Assembly: GCA_963555985.3 (NCBI GenBank)
Contig: OY820591.1
Location: 1,888,001 to 1,952,000, forward strand
DNA: 64,000 bases
DNA from: Dehalococcoidia bacterium
Lineage (GTDB): Bacteria; Chloroflexota; Dehalococcoidia; Bin125
Direction: 5' to 3'
The notes under the pieces: generated by a model
Told to the model about the DNA's origin: nothing
What the model saw: only the letters and a program-made list of their open reading frames with translations
The model's database searches: none
Shown here: positions 10,033 to 19,149 of the stretch, in pieces
Numbering within the stretch: position 1 is the stretch's first letter
How the letters are laid out: each line of letters begins with the position of its first letter
Made by a program: the position numbers and the translations under genes

Positions 10033-10311
10033 ATGGCTCTTGACCGACTCCGATTCCACAACATCCTCGTGCAAGAAATGGACGCGCCCCCCAATGCGGC
10101 GACCGGGCTGGCTGAAGTTGTTGATGAGGGCATCAAAGACGCCACCGACAACCTGGCCACGAAGCAGGACTTGGAATTGCTGCGCCTCCAAGTCCTCAGT
10201 GCATTCCACGAAGAGATGACTAGGCAACTCCGTTGGCTCCTCGCTGCCGGAGTCACAATTGGCGGCGCAATCATTGCGCTCCTGATCGCCCTTATTGCCC
10301 GCGGCGGCTAA
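10033..10311 (+). CDS. DUF1640-like coiled-coil/TM protein (paralog 2)
   Basis: LATKQDL motif and C-terminal TM helix; TAGAAT just upstream. Confidence 0.7.
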   Translation: MALDRLRFHNILVQEMDAPPNAATGLAEVVDEGIKDATDNLATKQDLELLRLQVLSAFHEEMTRQLRWLLAAGVTIGGAIIALLIALIARGG

Positions 10312-10766
10312 TCAGCCGACGGACGCTTGAGCATCATCCCTGCACGGCGGCAGCGAAGCACCAGTTCCCCGCGCTGATTATGAGCGCGGTGCTCGAAAGT
10401 GACGATCCCGCGATCGGGGCGGCTGCGCGACTCGCGGCGCTCGATCACTTCAGTCTCGCAGGTGAGCGTGTCGCCGATGAAGACCGGACTCGGGAACGTG
10501 GTCTGATCGAAGCCGAGGTTGCCCAAGGTCGTGCCCAGGGTCGTATCTGCGACCGAGAGTCCGACGGCCAGTCCGAGCGTGAAGATGCTGTTGACGATCC
10601 GCTGACCGTACTGTGTGCCCCCGGCGAACTCCGCATCGAGATGCAGCGGCTGCGCGTTGTGCGTGAGCGCCGTGAAGAGCAGGTTGTCAGCCTCGGTCAC
10701 CGTACGCGAGGGCTGATGCTGGATCACCAGCCCGGGTTCGAGCTCTTCAAACCAGAGTCCGGGCAT
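10308..10766 (-). CDS. MaoC-family dehydratase
   Basis: [11 protein letters not shown]...[20 protein letters not shown]. Confidence 0.9.
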   Translation of the reverse strand: MPGLWFEELEPGLVIQHQPSRTVTEADNLLFTALTHNAQPLHLDAEFAGGTQYGQRIVNSIFTLGLAVGLSVADTTLGTTLGNLGFDQTTFPSPVFIGDTLTCETEVIERRESRSRPDRGIVTFEHRAHNQRGELVLRCRRAGMMLKRPSAD

Positions 10767-10786
10767 AGCGCCTCTCGTTCCCGCGT

Positions 10787-11494
10787 CTAGCCGAAGCGAG
10801 CCATGTCGTCGGCTGCGTACTGGGCGACAGCATGGTCGGCTTGGGCAGTCTCGGCAAGGCGCGTCAACAGCGATCCGAGCTGGTCGGCGGGGATCGCGCA
10901 GGTCATTTCGGCGTTCGGCATGCCGGTACGCACGCGCGAAAGCTGACAGCCAACCGAGGCCGCCATCTCACCCGCCTTGGCGATCGCAATGATGTGACAC
11001 TGCGGCTTGCCCTCGATCCGCAGGTCGGGGAAGGCGTCGTGCAGCACCATCAGCTGGCGTCCGGTGATGCGGATCAGCACCACATTGGGGTCAGTTGCCT
11101 CCGCAAGCGGTCCGTAGACCACTTCCTCCGGCGTCTCCTCAACCACGGGAAGACCCATCGCAGCCTCCGGTGTGACCCAGCCGGACTCGAGCAGCGCGCC
11201 CACATCGCCGTTCTCGAGCACATCGGTGAGCTTGAGAAAGCCGTGCGTGACCGAGCCGACCGAGCAGTTGGCATGGTCTTGTGCGACGGTTGAGAAGGTG
11301 CGGTCAGCCGCGTGCGTCCAGAACACACAGCCGGCGGGGACGCGCCCGGTGCGTCCGTCCGCAGCCGGTTCCGGCATCGGCAAGTCGAAACCGTCGATCC
11401 CCGACGCCTCAGCGTGAAACGAGATTCCGAGGGGCGCATTCGCCAGGCCGAGCGCGCTCTGGAGCTGATCAGCGAGGTCGGTCCAGTTGGTCAT
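10787..11494 (-). CDS. DUF169 family protein
   Basis: AGCVFW, ANCSVG, KPQCH and SVGC...SR Cys pattern. Confidence 0.7.
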   Translation of the reverse strand: MTNWTDLADQLQSALGLANAPLGISFHAEASGIDGFDLPMPEPAADGRTGRVPAGCVFWTHAADRTFSTVAQDHANCSVGSVTHGFLKLTDVLENGDVGALLESGWVTPEAAMGLPVVEETPEEVVYGPLAEATDPNVVLIRITGRQLMVLHDAFPDLRIEGKPQCHIIAIAKAGEMAASVGCQLSRVRTGMPNAEMTCAIPADQLGSLLTRLAETAQADHAVAQYAADDMARFG

Positions 11495-12807
11495 TGAGAG
11501 CTGCTTTCCGGCGCGGCTTCCGCCTGCGTCGTGCGGGGCAGGCGGAAGGCTTCGCGCAATGTCGGCACGATGTTACGCCAGTACTGCGAGACCATCAACG
11601 CTGCGATCGCGAGATAGATAATCCCGAACACGATTCTGGGGGTGTTGTTCTCCTGCAAGAAGAACTGCGTGATCAGCTGGGCCAGGAACAGACTGAGCAG
11701 GGCGACCCCCGCTCTCGCTGTGAGGCGTCGATCGATGATCAGCATCACGCCAAACACTGACTGGGCGGCGGTGATGAACACCTCGGCGCGCTGGACGTCA
11801 CTGGAGGCAATCCCGCTCACTGCGCCGCCGGCCGCGACAAAGGCGATCGGTATTGAGGCAATCAGCAGCGTCCATTGGTTGACTTTGCTCGAAATCAGCA
11901 TATTGACGCCGAGACCCGCCGAGCCTCGCCAGACCAGATAGAGCGCGGCCAGAAACTCGGGCGACTCCGAGGCGAGCGGCGCGATCCACTGGATTACGAA
12001 AAACTCGCCGATCCCAATGTCTCGGCCAACCTGTTCGAGGCCGTGGACAAACGGCTCGGCCGACATCGCGATCACGAGCGCTGAGTAGGCGATGATCAGG
12101 GAAACGACGACCCGTCGGCGTGCGGTGGGCAAATTGCCGATCCGCGCAGCGGGCCCCTCAAGTTCGGGTTCCTCGACGGGCGAACGAGTCAAGCGAATCA
12201 CGTACCAGAAAAAGAGCAGCCCCAGGACGACCGTGTCTTCAATCGCGAGCCGGCCCTTGGCCACGATCACGAAGGAATAGACCGAGGCGACCAGGAGAAT
12301 GCCGATGTCCAGGCCGATGCCTCCCGGCAAAGTGAGCAGCGGCTCTTCCGGGTCCGGGTCGCGACGACGGAGGAAGTGCCAGGAACTTCTGGCAGCGCCG
12401 ACGACGATCTTGCGCGGGCCGCCGCGTTTCCAGGCGAAGAGGAAAATCACCATCGCCCAACCGACGCCGAGCAGCAGTCGATTGGCGCCGGTCATGTTGG
12501 CCAGCGCAAGCTCGTCCTTGCCGGGAATGCCTTTGCCGGCTTCCCAGGCGAGCAGCAGGTCAACCGCGTACTCGGGCAAGACGGCGATAAACGCGACCAG
12601 GGCGACCGACAGCGCCGCCGGGATGTCGTGCTGCGCCGCTTCCGCCCCCGTCGAAATCAGAAACGCCGCCGACAGAATCCCGACGCCGAAGATCGCGACC
12701 TGTGGCTCGGTGTCGAGGTGGATGCCGCCGATGCGGAAGATCAGCGCCGGCAGCCCGACAAGGGCGGCCCCGATCAGCAGCGTCCAGGAGGATCGGAGTT
12801 GCACCAA
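11491..12807 (-). CDS. Ca2+/cation antiporter (CaCA) family membrane protein
   Basis: Many TM helices; alpha repeats AVLPEY...ANMTGAN and LASESPE...ISSKVNQW. Confidence 0.8.
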   Translation of the reverse strand: MVQLRSSWTLLIGAALVGLPALIFRIGGIHLDTEPQVAIFGVGILSAAFLISTGAEAAQHDIPAALSVALVAFIAVLPEYAVDLLLAWEAGKGIPGKDELALANMTGANRLLLGVGWAMVIFLFAWKRGGPRKIVVGAARSSWHFLRRRDPDPEEPLLTLPGGIGLDIGILLVASVYSFVIVAKGRLAIEDTVVLGLLFFWYVIRLTRSPVEEPELEGPAARIGNLPTARRRVVVSLIIAYSALVIAMSAEPFVHGLEQVGRDIGIGEFFVIQWIAPLASESPEFLAALYLVWRGSAGLGVNMLISSKVNQWTLLIASIPIAFVAAGGAVSGIASSDVQRAEVFITAAQSVFGVMLIIDRRLTARAGVALLSLFLAQLITQFFLQENNTPRIVFGIIYLAIAALMVSQYWRNIVPTLREAFRLPRTTQAEAAPESSSQ

Positions 12808-12859
12808 GCCAGCCTATTCCACCGATCCCTCAACGATCAGCGAGACATCGGGGCTACGC

Positions 12860-13392
12860 TCAGTCCGTAACCAGCCGCTGAGCTAGTTCACGCGCTGCGG
12901 TTACGCCCAATCCGCGCAGCCGTACGATCTTGTGATCACTGCCGCGTACTCCGATCACCACCCACTCCGGACTGGATTGGAAAGTCTCGGACCGAATCGC
13001 TTCGTCGTCCTGACGATACTGCTCAACCGCGTGTCGTACGTCTTCCATCTCAGTATCGAGAGCGACTGCGGTACGCGCGCCCAACAGCAACAGAGTGATT
13101 TCGCGCATGGTCATCAACTTCGCAGACGAGAATCGGTTCGCATTCAGTTGCAGCATTGGCGCGGCCTGATCAACGGAATACAACAGCGAAACTTGGCCAG
13201 ACTCGATTCTGAGATAGGCGGAAATGGCATCCGTTCGCAGTTCCGGCGTGGGGTACAGATCGTCCTGTTCGATGGGTTGAAACGACGCATCGAATGGGTC
13301 GGCGCTTTCGGTTTGCGAGGCCGGCTCAGCAGACTCGCCGTTGCGGTTCCAGCTTCAGTTTGCGGCTGCATCTGCTCGCGAGTCTCGAGCAC
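12860..13392 (-). pseudogene. Hypothetical protein, apparently frameshifted near its 5' end
   Basis: AAGGAGG RBS and GTG at 13392 open one frame; the protein-like frame ending at 12860 is open up to 13354 but has no start there. Confidence 0.5.
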
Positions 13393-13422
13393 TTTGCCTT
13401 CCTCCTTCGATGCACAACCGTA

Positions 13423-15531
13423 CTAGATTGTAGCTAGCTCTTGCAGCACCTCCGACAGCGCCTCTTCCCACTCCGCTTCCGCTAGTCGTCGTGTCGGTGT
13501 GTACCTCAGCTGCGTACGACCTACGGATACTTGCGAGGGCATCGAGAGCCCTCGCTGTCGCGGTGTGAAGCTGAGACCGGGCGCGAGCCGAATGACCACC
13601 GCATCCGACTCGTATTGGATGCTCGCTGCCCCAATTCGCGCTGCTTGGGTCTTCAGTTTGACTGCGCCGAGCAGGTTCGACGCCGGCAGCGGCAGGGCGC
13701 CGAACCGATCTTCGAGCTCCTGCTCGATTGCTTCGACCATCTCGGCTGTTTCGGCCGCCGCTAGCCGCTGATAGACGGTCATGCGCAGACCGAGATCCTC
13801 GACGTAGGTCGTGGGCAGATAGCGCGGGAGGGGGAGGTCGATGCTGACCTGCGGACCCTGGCGAGGTTGGGGCGGCGGTTTGCGCTCGCGTTTGGCTTTG
13901 GCTTGCTCGACTGCTTCCGCCAGCAGCTGGGTGAAGAGCGTGAATCCGACCGCTCCGATGTGGCCCGACTGTTGCTGACCGAGTAGATTGCCCGCGCCGC
14001 GAATCTCCAGGTCTCGAAGTGCGAGCTGAAAGCCCGCGCCGAGTTCTGAGGCGTCCAGGATCGCGGCGAGCCGGCGTTGGGCGGTTTCGCTGAGCGAGCG
14101 ATAGGGCGCGGTCATCAGATAGGCGTAGGCGCGAACACTGGCGCGGCCGACCCTCCCACGCAGTTGATAGAGCTGGGCCAGACCGAGCCGTTCGGCGCGG
14201 TCGATGATGATCGTGTTGACGCGGGGAATATCGAGTCCCGACTCAATAATCGTTGAGCAAACCAGTACATCCGCTTCGCCGTGCGTGAACTTGTGCATGG
14301 TTCGGCGCAGAATTGAAGGCGACATCTGGCCGTGAGCGATCAGGAAACTCGCCTCTGGGACGAGTTCGCGCAGCCGACGCGTCTCCAGCTCGATCGTGCG
14401 TACCTCGTTGTAGAGAAAGTACGTCTGCCCTCCGCGATCGCGTTCGCGCAGGATTGCCTCGCGGATCACGCTCTCGTCGCGTTCCATTACCTGCGTGTGG
14501 ATGGGCAAGCGCTCTTCGGGCGGCGTCGCGATCGTGGACATGTCGCGGATACCGGTCACGGCCTGGTGGAGCGAGCGCGGGATCGGGGTGGCGGTGAGCG
14601 TGAGCACATCAACCTCGCGCCGGAGGCGCTTGAGCGCCTCTTTGTGGACGACGCCGAAGCGTTGCTCCTCGTCGATGATCACGAGCCCGAGGTCTCTAAA
14701 CGCGACATCTTTCTGAATCAGGCGATGAGTGCCAATCACCAGATCGATCGCGCCGGATTTGAGGCCGGCCAGCACTTCTCGCTCTTCAGCCGGCGTGCAC
14801 TGCCGTGAGAGCAAGGCGACGCGGACATTCATCGCGGCCAGACGCTCGCTGAACGTGTCGAAATGCTGTTGGGTGAGCACAGTCGTGGGGACGAGCATGG
14901 CCACCTGGTGACCCGACATGATCGCCTTAAACGCAGCCCGCACCGCAATCTCGGTCTTGCCGTAGCCGACATCTCCGACGATCAGCCGATCCATCGGCTT
15001 GGCGGCCTCCTGATCGGCGCGAACTTCTTCAATCGCTTGATGCTGGTCGGGCGTCTCGATGTAGGGGAACGAAGCTTCGAGTTCGATCTGCCAGGGGCTG
15101 TCGGGATCGATCTCGATCCCGGGCATGGTCTCGCGGGCTGCGTGCAATTCGAGCAAGTCTTCTGCGATCTCAATGACCGCGCCGCGAACGCGCTGTTTGG
15201 CGCGAGTCCACTGCTGGGTACCAAGCCGGGTGAGGGTTGGCGGCTGGTCGGACGGACCTACATAGGGCTGGACGCGGTGCAGCTGATCGCTGGGCACGAG
15301 CAGACGGTCGCCCTGGGCGTAGCGAAGATCGAGATACTCGCCGGTTCGTCCCGCGATCTCTTCAAGCACGACGCCATGGAATTTGGCGATGCCGGAGTCG
15401 ACGTGGACGACGAAGTCGCCGGGTTGCAGGGTTTCGAGCAGGTGTGGATCGGCAGTGCGGACAGCGCGGCGCGATGTCGCGCGGCGTTGGCGCTGGCGAG
15501 TGAAGCCGAAGATTTCGGTGTCGGTGATCAC
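13423..15531 (-). CDS. mfd: Transcription-repair coupling factor Mfd, C-terminal part (RID, translocase, TRCF domains)
   Basis: GDFVVH..GIAKF, GDVGYGKTE, DEEQRFG, QLRGRVGR, RDLEIRGAGNLLG. Confidence 0.93.
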   Translation of the reverse strand: MITDTEIFGFTRQRQRRATSRRAVRTADPHLLETLQPGDFVVHVDSGIAKFHGVVLEEIAGRTGEYLDLRYAQGDRLLVPSDQLHRVQPYVGPSDQPPTLTRLGTQQWTRAKQRVRGAVIEIAEDLLELHAARETMPGIEIDPDSPWQIELEASFPYIETPDQHQAIEEVRADQEAAKPMDRLIVGDVGYGKTEIAVRAAFKAIMSGHQVAMLVPTTVLTQQHFDTFSERLAAMNVRVALLSRQCTPAEEREVLAGLKSGAIDLVIGTHRLIQKDVAFRDLGLVIIDEEQRFGVVHKEALKRLRREVDVLTLTATPIPRSLHQAVTGIRDMSTIATPPEERLPIHTQVMERDESVIREAILRERDRGGQTYFLYNEVRTIELETRRLRELVPEASFLIAHGQMSPSILRRTMHKFTHGEADVLVCSTIIESGLDIPRVNTIIIDRAERLGLAQLYQLRGRVGRASVRAYAYLMTAPYRSLSETAQRRLAAILDASELGAGFQLALRDLEIRGAGNLLGQQQSGHIGAVGFTLFTQLLAEAVEQAKAKRERKPPPQPRQGPQVSIDLPLPRYLPTTYVEDLGLRMTVYQRLAAAETAEMVEAIEQELEDRFGALPLPASNLLGAVKLKTQAARIGAASIQYESDAVVIRLAPGLSFTPRQRGLSMPSQVSVGRTQLRYTPTRRLAEAEWEEALSEVLQELATI

Positions 15532-16922
15532 GGTGAGACGGGAGCGGCCTGTGCGGGATCGATCAGCCGCCAGCCCTCGCTCAGGGGGGCGCGGGCGACT
15601 GCGACCGCCGTCCCGTTTGGGGCGTCTCCGGCGGAGAGAGCCTGGAAGGGGATGCCGTAGTCGCCCATCAACTCCGAGAGCCGCGCAGCCTGAAGCGAAA
15701 TCAGCGCGCGCGGGCCGTCGTCCTGGCGGCGCAAGCGCTCGAAGAGGTCGGCGAGTTTGCCGGCGAGACGCTCGACCGGCTGGAAGGGCAGCCGCTGCGT
15801 GCCTGAGGCAAGACGTGACAGCTGACGCTGAGGCAAGGTGAGCGCTCTGAGCCGCTGCTCGAGTTCGGCGGCGGTGAGCCAGGGATGGGGCAGACCGCGA
15901 GGGATTCGAGCCGCGTGCTCCAGTTCGGCGCGGGCGTGCTCTGCGCGGGCGTCGCGCTCCTCCGCTCGCGCGAGCGCTTCATGGAGTTCGTCGATCAGGA
16001 CGAGCGTGTTTGGCGGGAGCTGCTCGAACAGCGTCGCGGGAGCGAGGAACGGCGTCCAGAAGTCGGGACGTGAGGGCGCCTCTCCGACTCTCAAGCACTC
16101 GAGATCCAGATTGAGTGCCATGGCCTCAGCGCTGAGTTCCGGCTCACTCGAGTCTGGCCTCCCAGGAGCGGCGCCGATGTCCTCGAACAGCGAGTTCAGG
16201 CGCGCCTCGGCGGCGCTCGGATTCCACTCGCGGGCGGGTCGGAGTTCGATTGCGTCAAGGGAACCGGTCGACCGCTGTGTGGCGGGGTCGAAACGGCGCA
16301 GCGAGTCAACCTCGTCGCCGAAGAGTTCGATCCGTGCTGGCTGATCATCGACGATGGGCCAAAGATCGATGATGCCTCCGCGCACGGCGAAGGTCGCGGG
16401 TGTGACGACCAGCCGCTCGCGCTGGTAACCGGCTGCATCGAGCGCGCGCAGCAGCGCGTCCAGCCGGAGTTGGCCGCCGCGCTCGATTCGGATCGGAACG
16501 GATTCCGCGCCCAGCGTGCGCTGCGTCACGGCGTCGGCGTCGGTGATCAGGATCGGATCAGTAGAGCGAAGCGCGGCGAGTGCGGCGAGACGGGCTTCGA
16601 TCACGTCCGCCGGAGGCGGTTGGCGGTCGTAGGGCACGAGGTCGCGGGAAGGGAACTGGCGCAGGCGCGTCCGTTGTTCGTGATCGAGCCAGACGGGCAG
16701 CTGCTCGAGCAGATCGTCGGCTGCGGCCGGGGTGGGAGTGAGTACGACGACCGGACCGGAGTGCTCCGCAGCGAGCGCGGCGATCAGGGCGGGCTTGGCG
16801 GCGTCCGGCACTCCGAGCGTCTCTTGATCGCGGTAATCGGCAAGCGCGCTGCGCACGATCGGCTGTAGCCCGGCGAGTAGGCCGGAGGTGTCGTGGTGGC
16901 CGCTGAGATTCGCCGCGGTCAA
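15528..16922 (-). CDS. mfd: Mfd N-terminal part (UvrB-homology region), in a separate frame from the C-terminal part
   Basis: FAVRGGIIDLWP...RIELFGDEVDSLRRFDPATQRS; frame change at about 15540. Confidence 0.85.
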   Translation of the reverse strand: MTAANLSGHHDTSGLLAGLQPIVRSALADYRDQETLGVPDAAKPALIAALAAEHSGPVVVLTPTPAAADDLLEQLPVWLDHEQRTRLRQFPSRDLVPYDRQPPPADVIEARLAALAALRSTDPILITDADAVTQRTLGAESVPIRIERGGQLRLDALLRALDAAGYQRERLVVTPATFAVRGGIIDLWPIVDDQPARIELFGDEVDSLRRFDPATQRSTGSLDAIELRPAREWNPSAAEARLNSLFEDIGAAPGRPDSSEPELSAEAMALNLDLECLRVGEAPSRPDFWTPFLAPATLFEQLPPNTLVLIDELHEALARAEERDARAEHARAELEHAARIPRGLPHPWLTAAELEQRLRALTLPQRQLSRLASGTQRLPFQPVERLAGKLADLFERLRRQDDGPRALISLQAARLSELMGDYGIPFQALSAGDAPNGTAVAVARAPLSEGWRLIDPAQAAPVSP

Positions 16923-17007
16923 GCCTGCTGAGCCTTCTCCGCTACGTGGGTTCGGATTGAGTGTAGGAGGCTGCGCTTACGGCAGTCTCTTGGCCAACGC
17001 TGTTCAG

Positions 17008-17057
17008 ACCCCCTCTGTCCCCACGGAACATCTCCCCCCGCGGTGCGGGGGAGAGGG
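17008..17057. repeat. REP-like palindromic element, family B (CCCTCTGTC...ACATCTCCCCC...GGGGGAGAGGG)
   Basis: Double hairpin; related copies at 37423, 38711, 53589, 62059. Confidence 0.75.
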
Positions 17058-17079
17058 ATCTGGCTTGGGCGGCGCTTTC

Positions 17080-18141
17080 TCAGGTCTGGGTGGTGGGGAC
17101 GAGGCGGTGAGGGCCGACGAAGCCGATGTGGATCTTGTTGGTGCGGCCTTTGCTGTCGTCGTGGAAGTAGAGACGAGGGATGTGCTGCCCTCCGCCCTCG
17201 GCGATCTTCATGTGCGCCTCCATCGTGATGTAGCCGCTGGGATCGATTTTCTGGTCGACCAGGAAGCGGCGCGCTCGCCGGAGCGGACCGGAGTTCATGA
17301 TCGTGTCGGACTCGCTCATGGCGAGTTTCTTGGAGGAGGCAGGCCAGGCGTGGGGGTTGTTGGTGTGCTCGCACCACTCCCAGAAGCCGCCGTTGAAGAA
17401 CTCGGCTTCGGCGGCGTAGGCGTCGAGCGCGCGCAGGGCTTTCCAGAGTTCGCGCGCCCAGTCGCCTGACTTTTCGTCTGCTTCGAGGTCGTCGATCTCG
17501 CGCGGCGCGGCGTCGGAGATCACGATGTTCTCGCACTCTTCGCGGGCCACCGCGATCACGCCGCTGATCGTGGGGACGGGCGGGCCGTCGTATCCGTCCG
17601 AGGGTTCGGCGGCGACCGCGCGTCCGTCCTGGATGAGGGCGTCGTAGGTATCGAGCTTGAGCTGGATACGGTGGCGCTCCTCGTTCGCTTCGGCGAGTTC
17701 GCGTTCGCGCTGTTCGCGATCCTGCCGGGCGCTTCTGAGTTCCGCGCGCAGTTCGTTGAGATCGCGCTCACGGGCGGTCTCGGCCTCGCTTAACCGGCGG
17801 CGGAGTTCCTCGGCCTCAGTTTGCGCGAGTTGATCGCGCCGGTTCGCGTCCGACTCCAGGTCGGCGGCGCGTTGGCGCTCGGCTCCGAGTTCGGCTTCGA
17901 GTGTTTCGATCTGCGCTTGCGCGTCGGCCGAGTTCGCTCCCAGCCGATCGGCGGCGAGTTGCCGGATTCGCTCGCGCGCACGCGCTGCGGTTGCTAAGGC
18001 ATGATCGAGGTCTGCGCGAATCTCAGCTTCATCGTGATCCAAGAGGTATTCGACGAGCTCCACCGCAGACGGGTAGAGCGAGCGGGCGATGGCGAAGGCG
18101 GCGAGAGCGCCGATGGCGTCGGCTGAACGGTCGTTGGACAT
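17080..18141 (-). CDS. Coiled-coil protein with C-terminal putative RelE-like nuclease domain
   Basis: Long coiled coil, then W..LRAL..YA, FWEWC, HMKI, PRLYFHDD, KIHIGFVGPH; paralog at 40670. Confidence 0.55.
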   Translation of the reverse strand: MSNDRSADAIGALAAFAIARSLYPSAVELVEYLLDHDEAEIRADLDHALATAARARERIRQLAADRLGANSADAQAQIETLEAELGAERQRAADLESDANRRDQLAQTEAEELRRRLSEAETARERDLNELRAELRSARQDREQRERELAEANEERHRIQLKLDTYDALIQDGRAVAAEPSDGYDGPPVPTISGVIAVAREECENIVISDAAPREIDDLEADEKSGDWARELWKALRALDAYAAEAEFFNGGFWEWCEHTNNPHAWPASSKKLAMSESDTIMNSGPLRRARRFLVDQKIDPSGYITMEAHMKIAEGGGQHIPRLYFHDDSKGRTNKIHIGFVGPHRLVPTTQT

Positions 18142-18160
18142 GGGAGTTCCTTTCGCTGGC

Positions 18161-18799
18161 TCACTTGGGTGTGCGGTTGTAGGCGTTCATGGCGGACTCC
18201 ACGCCGTGTTCGAGGATGTGCAGGACAGCCTCGGCGGCGCGCCGCTCGGCTTGCGTGAGCAAGGGCCGCTGTTCGGGCGTGGGATCGCTGAGCAGGTAGT
18301 CGGCCACGTCGTCGGGATGACGCGACGGCTGTCCGTCCACGATCGGCCGCCCAACGCCGATGCGAATGCGGGGGAAGTTGAGCTCGCCGATCGTCTGTCG
18401 AATCGAGCGCATCCCGCGCTGGCCGGCGTCGGAACCATGAGGACGGATGCGGATGCGTCCCGGCGGAAGATCGAGTTCGTCAACGAGCAGGATCAGCTCG
18501 GAGGGGTCGGCGCGGTACTTGTCGAGCAGGGCTTGGACGGCCTTGCCCGATCCGTTCATGAAAGTGCGCGGCAGTATCACCGCGACCGGACCAACGGGCG
18601 TCTCCGCCTGGGAGACGCGGAAATGGCGCTCGCGTGCGGGCTTGGGGAGATTGAGCAGGGAGCACAGCTGCTCGGCGGCGCGGAGGCCGGCGTTGTGGCG
18701 ATGGCGCGCGTATTCGGGCCCAGGGTTGCCGAGGCCGACGATCAGCCGGGCGTCCTGAAGCGGGGTCAGTCCGCGGCGCCGGGAGAGGAGTTTCGGCAT
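18161..18799 (-). CDS. pth: Peptidyl-tRNA hydrolase
   Basis: LIVGLGNPG..YARHRHNAG, PRTFMNGSG, DELDL, RIRIGVGRP; upstream of mfd as usual. Confidence 0.92.
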   Translation of the reverse strand: MPKLLSRRRGLTPLQDARLIVGLGNPGPEYARHRHNAGLRAAEQLCSLLNLPKPARERHFRVSQAETPVGPVAVILPRTFMNGSGKAVQALLDKYRADPSELILLVDELDLPPGRIRIRPHGSDAGQRGMRSIRQTIGELNFPRIRIGVGRPIVDGQPSRHPDDVADYLLSDPTPEQRPLLTQAERRAAEAVLHILEHGVESAMNAYNRTPK

Positions 18800-18848
18800 C
18801 TTCGGCCTCACCGGATCCATGTCGCACGGGGCGGAATTGGCGGGGTTC

Positions 18849-19109
18849 GGGGAATTTCTCGGGCGAAATGTGCGAATGCGCCGCCGGTACCGGTGAAAAG
18901 CACCGTCGGTAGTCCAGATTTGTCCAGATTTGGCTCGATTCGTCCAGATTTTGCGATGTTCTGAGCGGAAATGAGCGGGTGAATCCGAGTTTGTCCAGGC
19001 GTATCCGGACTCGGGGAGCGGAAGGTGCGGGTGGTCATGGCAGGCTCCGCGTAGAGGTGGGGGAGCGTTGGGCACGAGCTATCGTATACGCACTTGCGTT
19101 CTGTGTCAG
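18849..19109 (-). repeat. Phased-repeat element copy C, with promoter CTGACA-N17-TACGAT and LexA-like AGAAC-GCAA-GTGCG
   Basis: AATCTGGAC units at 10-bp multiples (plus-strand GTCCAGATT at 18912, 18922, 18942); second block at 18983, 18993, 19003; AATTCCCC tail; leader collinear with copy B. Confidence 0.75.
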
Positions 19110-19149
19110 GTTGTGAGTCGAGGGCGGTGTCTAGTAGTTGACAGGTCTG

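Noticed and set aside
18800-19075. N-terminal extension of Pth, and similar extensions in the ORF track for GmrSD, the acyl-CoA ligase beta subunit, DUF4238, PHP and the acyltransferases
   Set aside because: The extensions run through repeats or neighbouring genes; family similarity begins at downstream starts.
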